Assembly: GCA_965200315.1 (NCBI GenBank)
Contig: OZ241362.1
Coordinates: 4,416,001 to 4,480,000 of the forward strand
Length of the DNA: 64,000 bases
Source: Candidatus Latescibacterota bacterium
GTDB taxonomy: Bacteria; Latescibacterota; UBA2968; UBA8231
Direction: 5' to 3'
Part shown: piece by piece, positions 46,706-56,450 of the stretch
Layout of the letters: every line of letters begins with the position of its first letter
How positions within the stretch are numbered: the first letter of the stretch is position 1
The notes under the pieces: model-generated
Databases searched by the model: none
Seen by the model: the letters and a program-made list of their open reading frames with translations, nothing else
What the model was told of the DNA's origin: nothing
Made by a program: the position numbers and the translations under genes

Positions 46706-47201
46706 TTATCGGCCAGTGAGGGACGTCGATTGACCGTCCCCGCGCAATCTAATCTCGTTCTCCCAGCGCCGATACATCTCGGGCCGGCGATAATGGCGGA
46801 AGAACATCAGCGTCTCCTTGCGACTCTCCGCAAGTGCCGATCTCGGAATCGGGAACGTGCGTCTTGCGATAGCAGCCGACGTACCCCTCGGGACCGCAGA
46901 CGACCTGCGTGTTATAGACGATGCCGCTGACGTCCCGTTCAAGAATACCGGCCAGCAGGGTAATCTGGCCGTTGTGTGCAATCTCTTCGAGTCTGCGGAG
47001 CGATTCTCCTGCGAGCGGCTCGGGCTCCGGCGTTGAGGTGTCGCCGGCATTGTACCCGCACACGCACAGCTCGGGAAAGCAGACGATATCGACATCTTGC
47101 GCCGCCGCGGCCTCAGCAAAGCGCTCGATAGTATCCAGATTGCGTTCGCGTTCCGCGACTCGGCAGTTCATCTGCACCGCGGCGATGCGTAGGTCTTGCA
47201 T
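46706..47201 (-). pseudogene. Carbon-nitrogen hydrolase (nitrilase family) with internal deletion
   Basis: RIAAVQM, CFPEL, YRKTHVP, then a frame switch at 46831-46838 directly into C-terminal ALAESR..FFRHYRRPEMY; catalytic Cys segment absent. Confidence 0.8.
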
Positions 47202-47277
47202 CGGATCGATTCCTCCTCTTCTATTAGTCATCCCTCGGATTGGCTCATCCTCATGCGCCGGCTCAACCTCCACCAAT

Positions 47278-47712
47278 TTAAGACAGTTCTCGCGTTTGCC
47301 CTACGGCCGGCGATATGTGCTGGCGTGGCCGCGTCGGCCCAAGAAGAAAGCGAGGATTGGTCCATGACGCTTAAGACGATCCGCGCCAAGTTTCCGATGG
47401 TCGCCCAAGTCTCGACTGATACGCTTCAATCCTATCTCGAAGAATCTCCGCAGCGGTAAAACCTCCTCCTGCTTGATGTCCGAGAACCCGAAGAATACGC
47501 CGTCAGCCATCTGCAAGGTGCCCTGCCAGCCCCCTCAAAAGACGAAGCTCTCAAAGTGCTGCAAGACGTATCATCGGACCAACGTATCGTTTTGTACTGT
47601 TCCGTGGGATACCGCTCGTCGGAACTTGCCCAGTTTCTGATGAAAAGAGGATATACGGATGTCTACAATCTAGAAGGATCGATCTTCGCTTGGGCAAACG
47701 AGGGGCGACCTC
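47278..47712 (+). pseudogene. Rhodanese-like domain protein with in-frame TAA
   Basis: IRAKFP..SPQR*NLLLLDVREPEEYAVSHL..VLYCSVGYRS..NLEGSIFAWANEGRP; TAA at 47457-47459; no clear start or own stop. Confidence 0.8.
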
Positions 47713-47801
47713 CCCTCAATCAGATGGCCAAGTTGGAGATCAGCCCCACGTTAGCTATAATACGCCCGCCGACGCTCCAACTACTCATCCGAGAGGCCAC
47801 C

Positions 47802-49178
47802 ATGTCCGACACCCCCATCTCCATCGGCACCAACCGCCAACTATTGCTCGACCGCCGCCTCATCGACGAGCTACAAGACGCCCGCCAAGTCCTCCACCAA
47901 CCCATGCGCCGCAACGCGGCCGTGCGCATCGACCATCCCTGGGAAGAAGGCGGCCTCGCCTACGCCGTGCTCTTCAAAGACGGCGACCGCTTCCGCGCCT
48001 GGTACCGCTGCATCCCCCACGCCGATAACAACAAAACCGACCGGGCCTGCACTGCCTACGCCGAAAGCAGCGACGGCATCACTTGGCACAAACCAGAGCT
48101 GGGTCTAATCGACTTCCAAGGATCGACGGCCAACAACTTAGTCATCGACGATCCCGACTTAGTCAACTTCTCCCCGTTCCTCGACCCACAAGCCCCAGCG
48201 CAAGAGCGCTACAAAGGGATCGGTCGGCGCGGTGCCATTTACACGGCAACCTCGCCTTGCGGTTTCCACTGGCGCAAAAATCCCGAACCCGTGCAGACCG
48301 AAGGTCCGTTCGACTCGCACAACATCGCCTTCCGCGACCCGTGGACCGGCCAGTACGTCATGTACACCCGAGGCACTCGCCGCGACGGCGAACTAGGCCA
48401 CGGTGCCACTCGCGCCTTTAAAGAAGGCGTGCGCTGGATCCGCCGCGCCACCTCCGACGACTTTGTCCACTGGAGTCCGCTAGAAGCCATCGACACCGGC
48501 GATGCGCCGTTGGAGCACATGTACACCAATTCCTGCGTGCCCTACAAGCGTTCCCCTCGCCTCTACCTGATGTTCCCCTCGCGCTTTGTCAACAGCCGCA
48601 GTCCCACGCCCGGCTGGCCGTATTCTGGGGTCAACGACGCCGTGATGATGAGCAGCCACGACGGCCTCCGCTTCGACCGCCTCTTCCCCGAAGCCTTCGT
48701 GCGCCCGGGGCCCGACCCCGGCAATTGGCACGACCGCAGCGTGTACATCATGCGCGGCCTGCTGCGCACTGGCCCCGCCGAACTGTCGCTCTACATGACC
48801 GAGCATTGGCGCATGCCCACCTCCTGCATCCGCCGCCTGACCATGCGCCTCGACGGCTTCGCCTCGGTGCAAGTGCCCTATCGCGGCGGCCAGTTCACCA
48901 CCAAACCCCTGATCTTCAGCGGCGATCAGTTGCGGCTCAACATGTCCACCTCCGCGGCCGGCAGCATCCGCGTCGAAGTCCAAGACGAAAACGGCAAGCC
49001 CTTCCCCGGCCTATCGCTGGCCGACTCAACCGAGCTTTTTCAGGATCAAACGGACTTAGCTGTGCAGTGGGAATCGGGCGCGGAGGTAGGCCCGTTGGCC
49101 GGGCGGCCAGTGCGTTTGCGCTTTGTCATGTACGATGCCGACCTGTACGCGCTGCGCTTTTGCCGCAAAGAAGAATAG
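47802..49178 (+). CDS. Five-bladed beta-propeller glycoside hydrolase-like (GH32/GH43-like) protein
   Basis: YAESSDGITWHKPELG, FDSHN, TSDDFVHWS, MRLDGFAS, FTTKPL, LRFVMYDADLYA; GAGG before ATG 47802 (track ORF is fused to the rhodanese remnant). Confidence 0.75.
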   Translation: MSDTPISIGTNRQLLLDRRLIDELQDARQVLHQPMRRNAAVRIDHPWEEGGLAYAVLFKDGDRFRAWYRCIPHADNNKTDRACTAYAESSDGITWHKPELGLIDFQGSTANNLVIDDPDLVNFSPFLDPQAPAQERYKGIGRRGAIYTATSPCGFHWRKNPEPVQTEGPFDSHNIAFRDPWTGQYVMYTRGTRRDGELGHGATRAFKEGVRWIRRATSDDFVHWSPLEAIDTGDAPLEHMYTNSCVPYKRSPRLYLMFPSRFVNSRSPTPGWPYSGVNDAVMMSSHDGLRFDRLFPEAFVRPGPDPGNWHDRSVYIMRGLLRTGPAELSLYMTEHWRMPTSCIRRLTMRLDGFASVQVPYRGGQFTTKPLIFSGDQLRLNMSTSAAGSIRVEVQDENGKPFPGLSLADSTELFQDQTDLAVQWESGAEVGPLAGRPVRLRFVMYDADLYALRFCRKEE

Positions 49179-49190
49179 GAGACAAAACCT

Positions 49191-50075
49191 ATGTACCAAT
49201 CCGTAGATGTCGCCGCCATTTCCTTTCGGCCTAAAAAATTCGCCCTAGCCGACAATGCCGACCGCTTGGAAGCCATGTTCCGCGCCGCGGCCAAAGGTGG
49301 TGTCCAACTGGCCTTGGCACCCGAAGGAGTGCTAGAAGGCTACGTGGTCATGGAACTGATCACCGGAGAGGAGCCGGAAGAACGGATGCGGGACGTGGCC
49401 GTCACCACGCGCGGCCCGGTCATGGGCCGCTTCCGCGAGCTGGCCCGCGAACTGGGAATATGCCTCGCCTTTGGGCTGGCCGAGCGCATCGGCAAGGACG
49501 TGTACAACTGCGCCGTCTTTATCGACCACCGGGGTCGCCTGTGTGGCAAGTACCACAAAATGCAGCTAGCCGAGGGCTACCATCCCTCTTGGTGGTACAA
49601 CCGTCTCGGTGCTCATGCCCGCGCCTTTGATACCCCGTTTGGCCGCGGCGGCTTCCTCATCTGCAACGACCGCTGGAATCCCGACATCGCCCGCATCCCA
49701 GTACTCGACGGGGCACAGTACCTGCTCATTCCCTCCTTCGGCTCCCGCTCCAAGGAGCAAGACCGCGCCGTATTGGCCCGGGCGCGAGAAAACGGCGTCG
49801 CCATTGTCGAGGCCAACGTCGGCGTCACCTTAGTCATTAGCAAAGGAGAAATCGTCGCTCTGTCGCGTCGGGTAAACGAAATCACCTACGCCACCATCGA
49901 AGTCCCGGCTCCAGCTTCGATGCACAACCGCGACGCGCAGGAACGCGAGTTTTTGCGCTGGCGGCAGACGGAAATGCGCCACCGCTACCAACAAGGGGAA
50001 GCCAAGCGCGCCCGCTGTGGGCCGCACGACCCCGACAAGGTCAGCCACGACCAAAGGGGCCGCTTGATTGGTTGA
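49191..50075 (+). CDS. Carbon-nitrogen hydrolase (nitrilase superfamily)
   Basis: E-K-C triad: APEG, KYHKM, LICNDR. Confidence 0.9.
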   Translation: MYQSVDVAAISFRPKKFALADNADRLEAMFRAAAKGGVQLALAPEGVLEGYVVMELITGEEPEERMRDVAVTTRGPVMGRFRELARELGICLAFGLAERIGKDVYNCAVFIDHRGRLCGKYHKMQLAEGYHPSWWYNRLGAHARAFDTPFGRGGFLICNDRWNPDIARIPVLDGAQYLLIPSFGSRSKEQDRAVLARARENGVAIVEANVGVTLVISKGEIVALSRRVNEITYATIEVPAPASMHNRDAQEREFLRWRQTEMRHRYQQGEAKRARCGPHDPDKVSHDQRGRLIG

Positions 50076-50216
50076 CCGGCTAAAAGGTAGTTAGTGGAAA
50101 GAGAAAAAGGCCAAACGGGCGGACGAGGCATAGCACGGTGCAAAGCTACACCTTGCGATGGACCTGTCGTCGTTCCGTGCTGCTAATCGGTGCCAACGGC
50201 AGTGCGATACATTTCC

Positions 50217-50996
50217 TTACTCCGCCCGCAGTCGTTCGAGCTGTTCGCGCAGGAGTTGTGCTTCCGCTTCGGCAGCGTCGCGGGCACGCTCGGCTAAGAG
50301 GCGGGCATTGCGTTCGGTGTCGTGCGCCTGCTCGGCTAAGAGGCGGGCATTGCGTTCGGCGTCGTGCGCCTGCTCGGCTAAGAGGCGGCTTTCGGCTTCC
50401 TCGTCAAGCGTCAGCAGGTAGCCGCCTTTGGCTGGATCGTACCAACGCAACTGACCCTGTTCCCAGCACAAGTCCAGCCCAAGTACACTGCTGTGCCCGC
50501 GATACCCGCCATCGGGATGCCTCGCAATGGCGATGGAACGATACCCGTCGCCGAGCAAGTGATCGCCCGCCAACGCCGCTTGATGATACGCGCCGCCCGT
50601 CGGATCAAACCGCCAATACTCAGGCACCCCATAGGCGGCATATCCATCGCGTTTGCTCGTGTCGTCGCGCCGCGCCGTTGAGTGCGACGCAACTTCCAAG
50701 ACAAAGTCCGGCGGTTTGCCCTGATCGTTGATGGCATAGCCGTTTTGAGCGATGAGGGTCGCCCGGTCCACCGCGAAGGCGATCAGCAGATCGGGAATCA
50801 AGATGCCGCTGCGCTGGCCGGTATCCCAGCCTACGGGGGCCTCGCTTATGACGATGGTCGTCTCGGACGCACCGAAGTGGCGGCTCAGCACCGGCAGGCA
50901 GCCGGGGCTGTGGAGATAGAGCGCATTCTGCATATCGTCCCTCAGCGGATAGTCCGGGAAGAGAGCCGGTAGAGATACAAGCGGTTTGGTAGGCAT
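50217..50996 (-). CDS. Uma2 family endonuclease with coiled-coil repeat tail
   Basis: IPDLLIAF, GKPPDFVLEVAS, KRDGYAAYGVPEYWRFDP, LRWYDP. Confidence 0.92.
   Translation of the reverse strand: MPTKPLVSLPALFPDYPLRDDMQNALYLHSPGCLPVLSRHFGASETTIVISEAPVGWDTGQRSGILIPDLLIAFAVDRATLIAQNGYAINDQGKPPDFVLEVASHSTARRDDTSKRDGYAAYGVPEYWRFDPTGGAYHQAALAGDHLLGDGYRSIAIARHPDGGYRGHSSVLGLDLCWEQGQLRWYDPAKGGYLLTLDEEAESRLLAEQAHDAERNARLLAEQAHDTERNARLLAERARDAAEAEAQLLREQLERLRAE
50288..50388 (-). repeat. 42-bp coding tandem repeat (about 2.4 copies)
   Basis: gctcggctaagaggcgggcattgcgttcgg(t/c)gtcgtgcgcct at 50288, 50330 and partial at 50372; encodes RLLAEQAHD(A/T)ERNA. Confidence 0.92.
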
Positions 50997-51189
50997 CGCG
51001 GGCCTCAAGGCAAGGAATTAGAAGCTGGTAGGTGTATGAGGAGGATTGAGCAATGTACTATGCGGATGTACAACAGGCAATCGCTTTGGGAATGGCGTCG
51101 ACAGGGTCTCTGTTTGGCGCGTCAATCCTCGCTAGAGCTTACGGCGAACGCCGCAGGGTCAAGTTTCATTGCATACTTGAAGACTCTAT

Positions 51190-52971
51190 CTACCGAGCAA
51201 ACGCTACCTTCTCAGCCACGCCCTCCCCCTGCACAATCCGGTAGCGAGCACCCGCCGCGAGGTTTTCTAACGCCTCTTCGCTCCCATCCGGCCAGCGAAT
51301 TTCTAGGCGGTCAACCTGCCCGGCTGCGCCCAAGCCAACGGTCAGAGTCGTCGAGCTGTGGCTCAAATAGGAAGACCCGGTGCGCACCATGAACACCTGC
51401 TCCTGTTCGCCCACCTGTGCGGTCACCTTCGCGCCGATGGCGTCGCGGTTGGGAGCCTTGCCCGTCAGGTCGAGTGCCACCGCACGGCCCGTCGGGCCGT
51501 CGTTGTGCAACAGGTGCGCCGGGCCGCCATTGGTCGTCAGCAGCACGTCCAAATCGCCGTCTGCATCGACATCGCCGACAGCTAGCCCGCGCGCCACCAG
51601 CAGCTTGTGAAACAGCCCGCCGGTCTGCTCCGATACCTCGACCATCCGCCCGTCGCCGTCATTCCAAAACAACTGCGGCACCTGCTGGTACTCGATCTCC
51701 TTCTGAGTCGAGTTGATCTCTGGCTCAATGTGCCCATTGGCCAAAATCAGGTCTTGGTAGCCGTCGAGATCGTAGTCGAAAAAGCGCAGCCCAAAGGTCA
51801 GCGGCCGCAGCGTCGCCTGCATCAGCCGAGCCTTGCCCGCGGCATCGACGAAGACCTCGCCACCGGCTTGGCGATAGAGCGAGAGCGCCTCGCGGCTAAA
51901 GTTGCCAATGGCGATGGAAAGCACGCCGTCGTTGGCGACCGAGGCAATATCTACGCCCATTCCCGCCCGCGCCCGGCCGGTCTCGTCGTAGCCAATGCCC
52001 GCAGCGAGACCCCGCTCCGCAAAGCGGCCCCCACCTAAGTTTTGCAACAGGAAATTGGGTTGGGTGTCGTTGGTGACGACCAAGTCGATGCGACCGTCGT
52101 CTTCAAAGTCGGTCATGGCTACGCCCATGGACTTGCCCTCGGGCAGGAGCAGGCCCGCTTCTTCGGTTATCTCCCGGAAGCGGCCCTCGCCCAGATTGCG
52201 GTAGAGCCTCGGCGGCGAGCCGGGGTACTGCTGAGGCGTGGCGTAGGATTTTCCCTTGCCGTCGAGCGTGGTGTATATGTCGGTGCTAGGCGACCAGCGC
52301 ACGTAGTTGGTGACCAACAGATCCAGCCAGCCATCGCCATCCACATCAACCCAAGCCGCGCCCGTGGACCACTCGGGATTCTCATTGCCCGCATCATCTC
52401 GCCAAACCGCGCCCGCCACGCCCGCTTCTTGGGCCACATCGACAAAGCGACCCGCGTCGTTGCGCAAGAGCAGGTTCGGCCCCAAGGTCGTCAAGTAAAT
52501 ATCTGGATCGCCATCGGCGTCGTAGTCGGCGATCGTCGGGCCCATGCCATAGACCGAAAAGTCTAGACCCGCGCGTTTTGTTGCATCGGCAAAGGTGTCG
52601 TTGCCGAGGTTGCGGTAGAGCTTGCCGGGGGCCTTTTCGCCACCCCATCCTTCGCTGTTGACCAATAGCACGTCCAGCCAGCCGTCGCCATCGTAATCAA
52701 AGAGCGCACAGCCGCTGCCCATGGTTTCCGGCATCCACTTGTCGCCGCGCGCACCGGTCTCGTGTCTGAATTCGAGACCAGCCTCTTGAGTCACATCGAC
52801 AAATCGCACCGCAGGGGCCTCTTTCCGCCCGCGCCCCACTGCATAGTCGGCGGTCGGTGCTTTGGTGTACTCGGGCGTCGGAGCGGGTTCCGAAGGCTCT
52901 TCTGGGCCGCAGGCGCCCCACAGCAGGGCACCGACCAAGAATCGCCAGCTCGCGCTATGAAATGTTGGCAT
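51190..52971 (-). CDS. CRTAC1/ASPIC-UnbV family FG-GAP lipoprotein
   Basis: Lipobox WGAC; PETMGSG, DYDGDGWLD, RAGMGVD, ARGLAVGDVDADGDLD, TGSSYLSHS, IRWPDG. Confidence 0.93.
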   Translation of the reverse strand: MPTFHSASWRFLVGALLWGACGPEEPSEPAPTPEYTKAPTADYAVGRGRKEAPAVRFVDVTQEAGLEFRHETGARGDKWMPETMGSGCALFDYDGDGWLDVLLVNSEGWGGEKAPGKLYRNLGNDTFADATKRAGLDFSVYGMGPTIADYDADGDPDIYLTTLGPNLLLRNDAGRFVDVAQEAGVAGAVWRDDAGNENPEWSTGAAWVDVDGDGWLDLLVTNYVRWSPSTDIYTTLDGKGKSYATPQQYPGSPPRLYRNLGEGRFREITEEAGLLLPEGKSMGVAMTDFEDDGRIDLVVTNDTQPNFLLQNLGGGRFAERGLAAGIGYDETGRARAGMGVDIASVANDGVLSIAIGNFSREALSLYRQAGGEVFVDAAGKARLMQATLRPLTFGLRFFDYDLDGYQDLILANGHIEPEINSTQKEIEYQQVPQLFWNDGDGRMVEVSEQTGGLFHKLLVARGLAVGDVDADGDLDVLLTTNGGPAHLLHNDGPTGRAVALDLTGKAPNRDAIGAKVTAQVGEQEQVFMVRTGSSYLSHSSTTLTVGLGAAGQVDRLEIRWPDGSEEALENLAAGARYRIVQGEGVAEKVAFAR

Positions 52972-53262
52972 AAAATTTGCGTCCTATTGAGTATTTTCTC
53001 GTCATATAGCAGTCCTACATCATTCCTGAGATAGGGAGCGCGGGCTGCTCGTCCGCGCTGACGGTGTGCCATCCTGCAAGCCGCGCAACTCAGGTAGGAT
53101 GGCTAGGGAGGACATCAGAAGCGCTCTTAAAACTCCCGGCGGACTGCTTGGCAGGGCGGCCGGGTAGCCTCCGCGGCCGGCGTTTTTCGCGGCCAGCGGT
53201 GTTCAGCCGCGGGAAAGACCGCGCTGCGTTTTGCAATGGCCGTTCCACAAAGGAGTTAGTCC

Positions 53263-53487
53263 ATGAATACCCTAGCCGAACACCGACGGGCTGTCTTGAC
53301 AGCCGATCAACCCGAAGCCGAACTGATCGCCGGCGATGTCGGAGTCGTGGTCTTCATTCACAACGAAGGGGTCGCGTCCGAGGTGGAGTTTCCCAACCAC
53401 GCCGTCCTCACCTTAGAGGCCGACCAAGTACGGGCGCTAGGCATGGAGGAAATTCTTCACGTTCGCCCTCAACGGACAAACTCCTAA
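53263..53487 (+). CDS. DUF4926-like small protein (possibly degenerate)
   Basis: EHRRAVLTAD.PE..LIAGDVGVVV.IH..G...EVEF...VLTL; AAGGAG RBS. Confidence 0.7.
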   Translation: MNTLAEHRRAVLTADQPEAELIAGDVGVVVFIHNEGVASEVEFPNHAVLTLEADQVRALGMEEILHVRPQRTNS

Positions 53488-56348
53488 CCACCCTCCCCCA
53501 GGGGATGAACGTGTATCTTAAGCGCCTCGCGGTTGGCGTGCGGGTGCGCTAGCCGGTAGCGGCGCGTCAACTCTTGAGCCGACTCGTCTATCTGGTAATA
53601 CTGGTAGGCACGCTCGGCGACGAGGGCCTCATCCTCGCGGCCGAGGGCACGCAGCGACAGCATCCGGTGGTAGTGGGCGACGCGGTCTTCCGAATCAATG
53701 GCCAGCACACCGTCGAGGGCCTCCAAAGCCTCGGCAAAGCGGCCATCGAGGTACAGCACCCGGCCCAAGTTGCGCCACGTAGCTCGATCCTCGGGAAAGT
53801 CGCGCAACACCCGGCGATACGCCTGCGCTGCGGCCTCGTAGCGTCCATCCTCTTGCAATACCACGCCCCAGACCCAAGCCGTCTGCCCGTCGCCACTAAC
53901 TAACGCCTCGCAGTCCTGCAAATGCGCGTAGGCTCGCTCCAAATGGCCGTCGCGCACGGCAACCTTGGCCAAGTTGCGGCAACCGTCTAGGCGCTCGGGT
54001 GCTAGCTGTTCCACCGTCGCAAAGGCCCGTGCGGCCCCTTGGGTATCGTCTTGGAGCAGCAAGCCGATGCCATAGTCGTTGAAGCGCATCCAGTCGCCGG
54101 CCTCCGGCGTACCCATAGCGGACGGCCCGCCCACCGCCAACGCCACCTCGCTGCGGGCGATCTCAGTCACCGGCAAATCCGGCACTTGGTCGAAGCGGCC
54201 GAAGCCCTCGCGGTTGTTGTTAAAGGCAAATTCCGTATAGGCGCGGTCGAACTTGCGCCACAAAAGCCGCGCCCGCAGCGTCAGCTTGCGCCCCGCGTAG
54301 TCTTCGGGCACCCGGAAGCTGTAGTGAGCCACATCCGCTGTACCCGGACCAATGGTGCGCACGTACACGGCCGTGACAATGTCTTGGGCGTTGCGCCGAT
54401 GAATGGCTTGGCCTTTTGCATCGACCATCAGGGCCTTGTAAAAGTGCGCCCCCGGATCGACGTGCCCGTCCTCTTGCACCGCCCCGTTCAACGCTAGCAC
54501 CGCGTCGTCGTCGCCGACCACCGCAACCTCTAGCCAGCCCTCGTTGGAGTCGTTGGTCCCGCCCGGGAAGGTGTGCCCAACGCCCTTGTTGCGCACCACC
54601 ACGTCGAATGTGTACTCGCCGCCGGGCACCAGCGCTGGCTGGCTCTTGTCTAGCGCGTAGTGCGCTCCTTGTTGGTGGTGCAGCGCGAACACATCGACGC
54701 TGAGTTTTTCGTCTTGCAGAAATTCCTCGATCCGCGCTATGGTCTCCTCGTCGCCGCGGATATAGGGCAAAGCCGTGTTGACCGCCAAAAAGCGGTGCGA
54801 CTTGACGTACCCATCCCGCGCCGACACGTCGCCGGCGACTGCTTCCTCCAGCGGCATGTGGCAGTCTTGGCAGACCTGCTTGACAGCAGGCAGATAGAAG
54901 GTCCGCGAGGCGTTGAGCGCCACGCCGCTGTCGTGCCAGTTGTCGTATTCGTCTTGGCCGCGCAGCCAGCGGTAGCCATTGACGCGCGAGTCGAGGCTGA
55001 CTTTGTGGCAGGTGGCGCAAAACTCAGAGGTGCGGAAGAAGGGCTTGAGCATCTGCTTCTTGTGGACGATGGGCCGCGCCTTCAGCGCCGTGTCGTGCAA
55101 GAAGCGGCCAGCGCCTTCTTTGGCCTCGGCGAACAGATAGGGGTCCTCCTGCTCGTCGGCGATGTTGTAGTTGCCGTTGCCGGTCTGGTCGTGAATTTCG
55201 TCGATCGCGTGGCAGCTCAGGCAGGTCAGCCCGGCTTGGGCCTGCGGCGAGGCGCGGTCGATCTCTTCGGTCATCTTGCCCGCCAGCATCAGCGCCGGAT
55301 CGTGGCAACCCGAGCACCACTTGGACTTGACTTTGCCCTCCTCGCCGGCCAAGCCCTTGTAATGGGCGATATGCGCGGCGACCTCGGCATTGCTCGCGGT
55401 CGAGTTGCTGCGCATGTGGTTGATCGTCGCCTCGTAGAAGGGGTTGTTGAACGAGGCAAAGCGGTGCGCTGACGTGGCCCACTGTTCGACGATGGCTGCG
55501 TGGCAGCGGGCGCAAGTCTCCGAGCCAATCGGCTCGTTGACCACAAAGCCATACTCAGCGAGGTCGCCGGCGAGTTTTTGCGGCTGCGACAGATCGCCGC
55601 GCGTGATGATCCGCGAGGGCAGAATGTCGCCGGTAGTAGTCGTAGTAGCCGCCGGGAAAAAGGGACTTTCAGCCGGGACGAAATTGGCCGGGACAAAGGC
55701 GTCGGGCGCATAGTCGGCGACCTGCCGCGCCTTGGAACCCGGCCCGGTGTGCTTGCCAGCGGCAAAGGCCTGCTCGGCCGCCGGCGTGTACTGCTCGCCG
55801 CTATAGGTCAACCCGTGTAGCACCACGGCCAGCGCCAACAGCCCGACCACCGCTACGGGCACGACTCGATAGGTCCGTGCGGCAGGCTTCCACAGCGAGA
55901 GGCGGCGGTGCGCCAAGTAAAAGAGGGGGACTAAAACCGCCGCGGCCACATGGCTCCAGTAGGCGACTGGGTTGCCGCGATTACTCGCCGCGCTGAGGAT
56001 GAATAGCCCGCTGATGGCCAGTAAGACGCCCAGCGCCAGTGTGGCAATGCCGGTGTAGATGGCCCGCTTGCGGCTTTTGCGCCACACGGCCGGTAGGTGC
56101 CAAGCCACAAAGCCCAGCGCCAGTACCACCAGCACCAGACCGACGCCCGTATGCGACAGCACCATACCTTGGTAAAACTTGGGCAGGGAAATGTCAGTAA
56201 CTGCGAAGTAGTCGAAATCGAGGGCGTCGGCCAACCGATTGATCAGCAAGTAGAGCGTATCGGCGACCATGAAGACGCCCAAGGCCACCACCACCAGCAA
56301 GGTCCGCTGCTGGCGAGCACTCAGGCGACTCGGGGTTTTCTTCTGCAT
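53484..56348 (-). CDS. Membrane-anchored multiheme c-type cytochrome with C-terminal TPRs
   Basis: About 5 N-terminal TM helices; five CxxCH (CARCH, CSGCH, CLSCH, CATCH, CQDCH); GHTFPGG; TPRs (RFNDYGIGLL, WRNLGRVLY). Confidence 0.9.
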   Translation of the reverse strand: MQKKTPSRLSARQQRTLLVVVALGVFMVADTLYLLINRLADALDFDYFAVTDISLPKFYQGMVLSHTGVGLVLVVLALGFVAWHLPAVWRKSRKRAIYTGIATLALGVLLAISGLFILSAASNRGNPVAYWSHVAAAVLVPLFYLAHRRLSLWKPAARTYRVVPVAVVGLLALAVVLHGLTYSGEQYTPAAEQAFAAGKHTGPGSKARQVADYAPDAFVPANFVPAESPFFPAATTTTTGDILPSRIITRGDLSQPQKLAGDLAEYGFVVNEPIGSETCARCHAAIVEQWATSAHRFASFNNPFYEATINHMRSNSTASNAEVAAHIAHYKGLAGEEGKVKSKWCSGCHDPALMLAGKMTEEIDRASPQAQAGLTCLSCHAIDEIHDQTGNGNYNIADEQEDPYLFAEAKEGAGRFLHDTALKARPIVHKKQMLKPFFRTSEFCATCHKVSLDSRVNGYRWLRGQDEYDNWHDSGVALNASRTFYLPAVKQVCQDCHMPLEEAVAGDVSARDGYVKSHRFLAVNTALPYIRGDEETIARIEEFLQDEKLSVDVFALHHQQGAHYALDKSQPALVPGGEYTFDVVVRNKGVGHTFPGGTNDSNEGWLEVAVVGDDDAVLALNGAVQEDGHVDPGAHFYKALMVDAKGQAIHRRNAQDIVTAVYVRTIGPGTADVAHYSFRVPEDYAGRKLTLRARLLWRKFDRAYTEFAFNNNREGFGRFDQVPDLPVTEIARSEVALAVGGPSAMGTPEAGDWMRFNDYGIGLLLQDDTQGAARAFATVEQLAPERLDGCRNLAKVAVRDGHLERAYAHLQDCEALVSGDGQTAWVWGVVLQEDGRYEAAAQAYRRVLRDFPEDRATWRNLGRVLYLDGRFAEALEALDGVLAIDSEDRVAHYHRMLSLRALGREDEALVAERAYQYYQIDESAQELTRRYRLAHPHANREALKIHVHPLGEGG

Positions 56349-56450
56349 GGCTTAACTAGGCAGAGCGCAGATGGCCGGCGGGATTGCCGGGTTTCCTCCA
56401 AAGATAGGCGGTACGTGCGATCTCTGGTAGGTGGCCACTCGCGGGTATGC

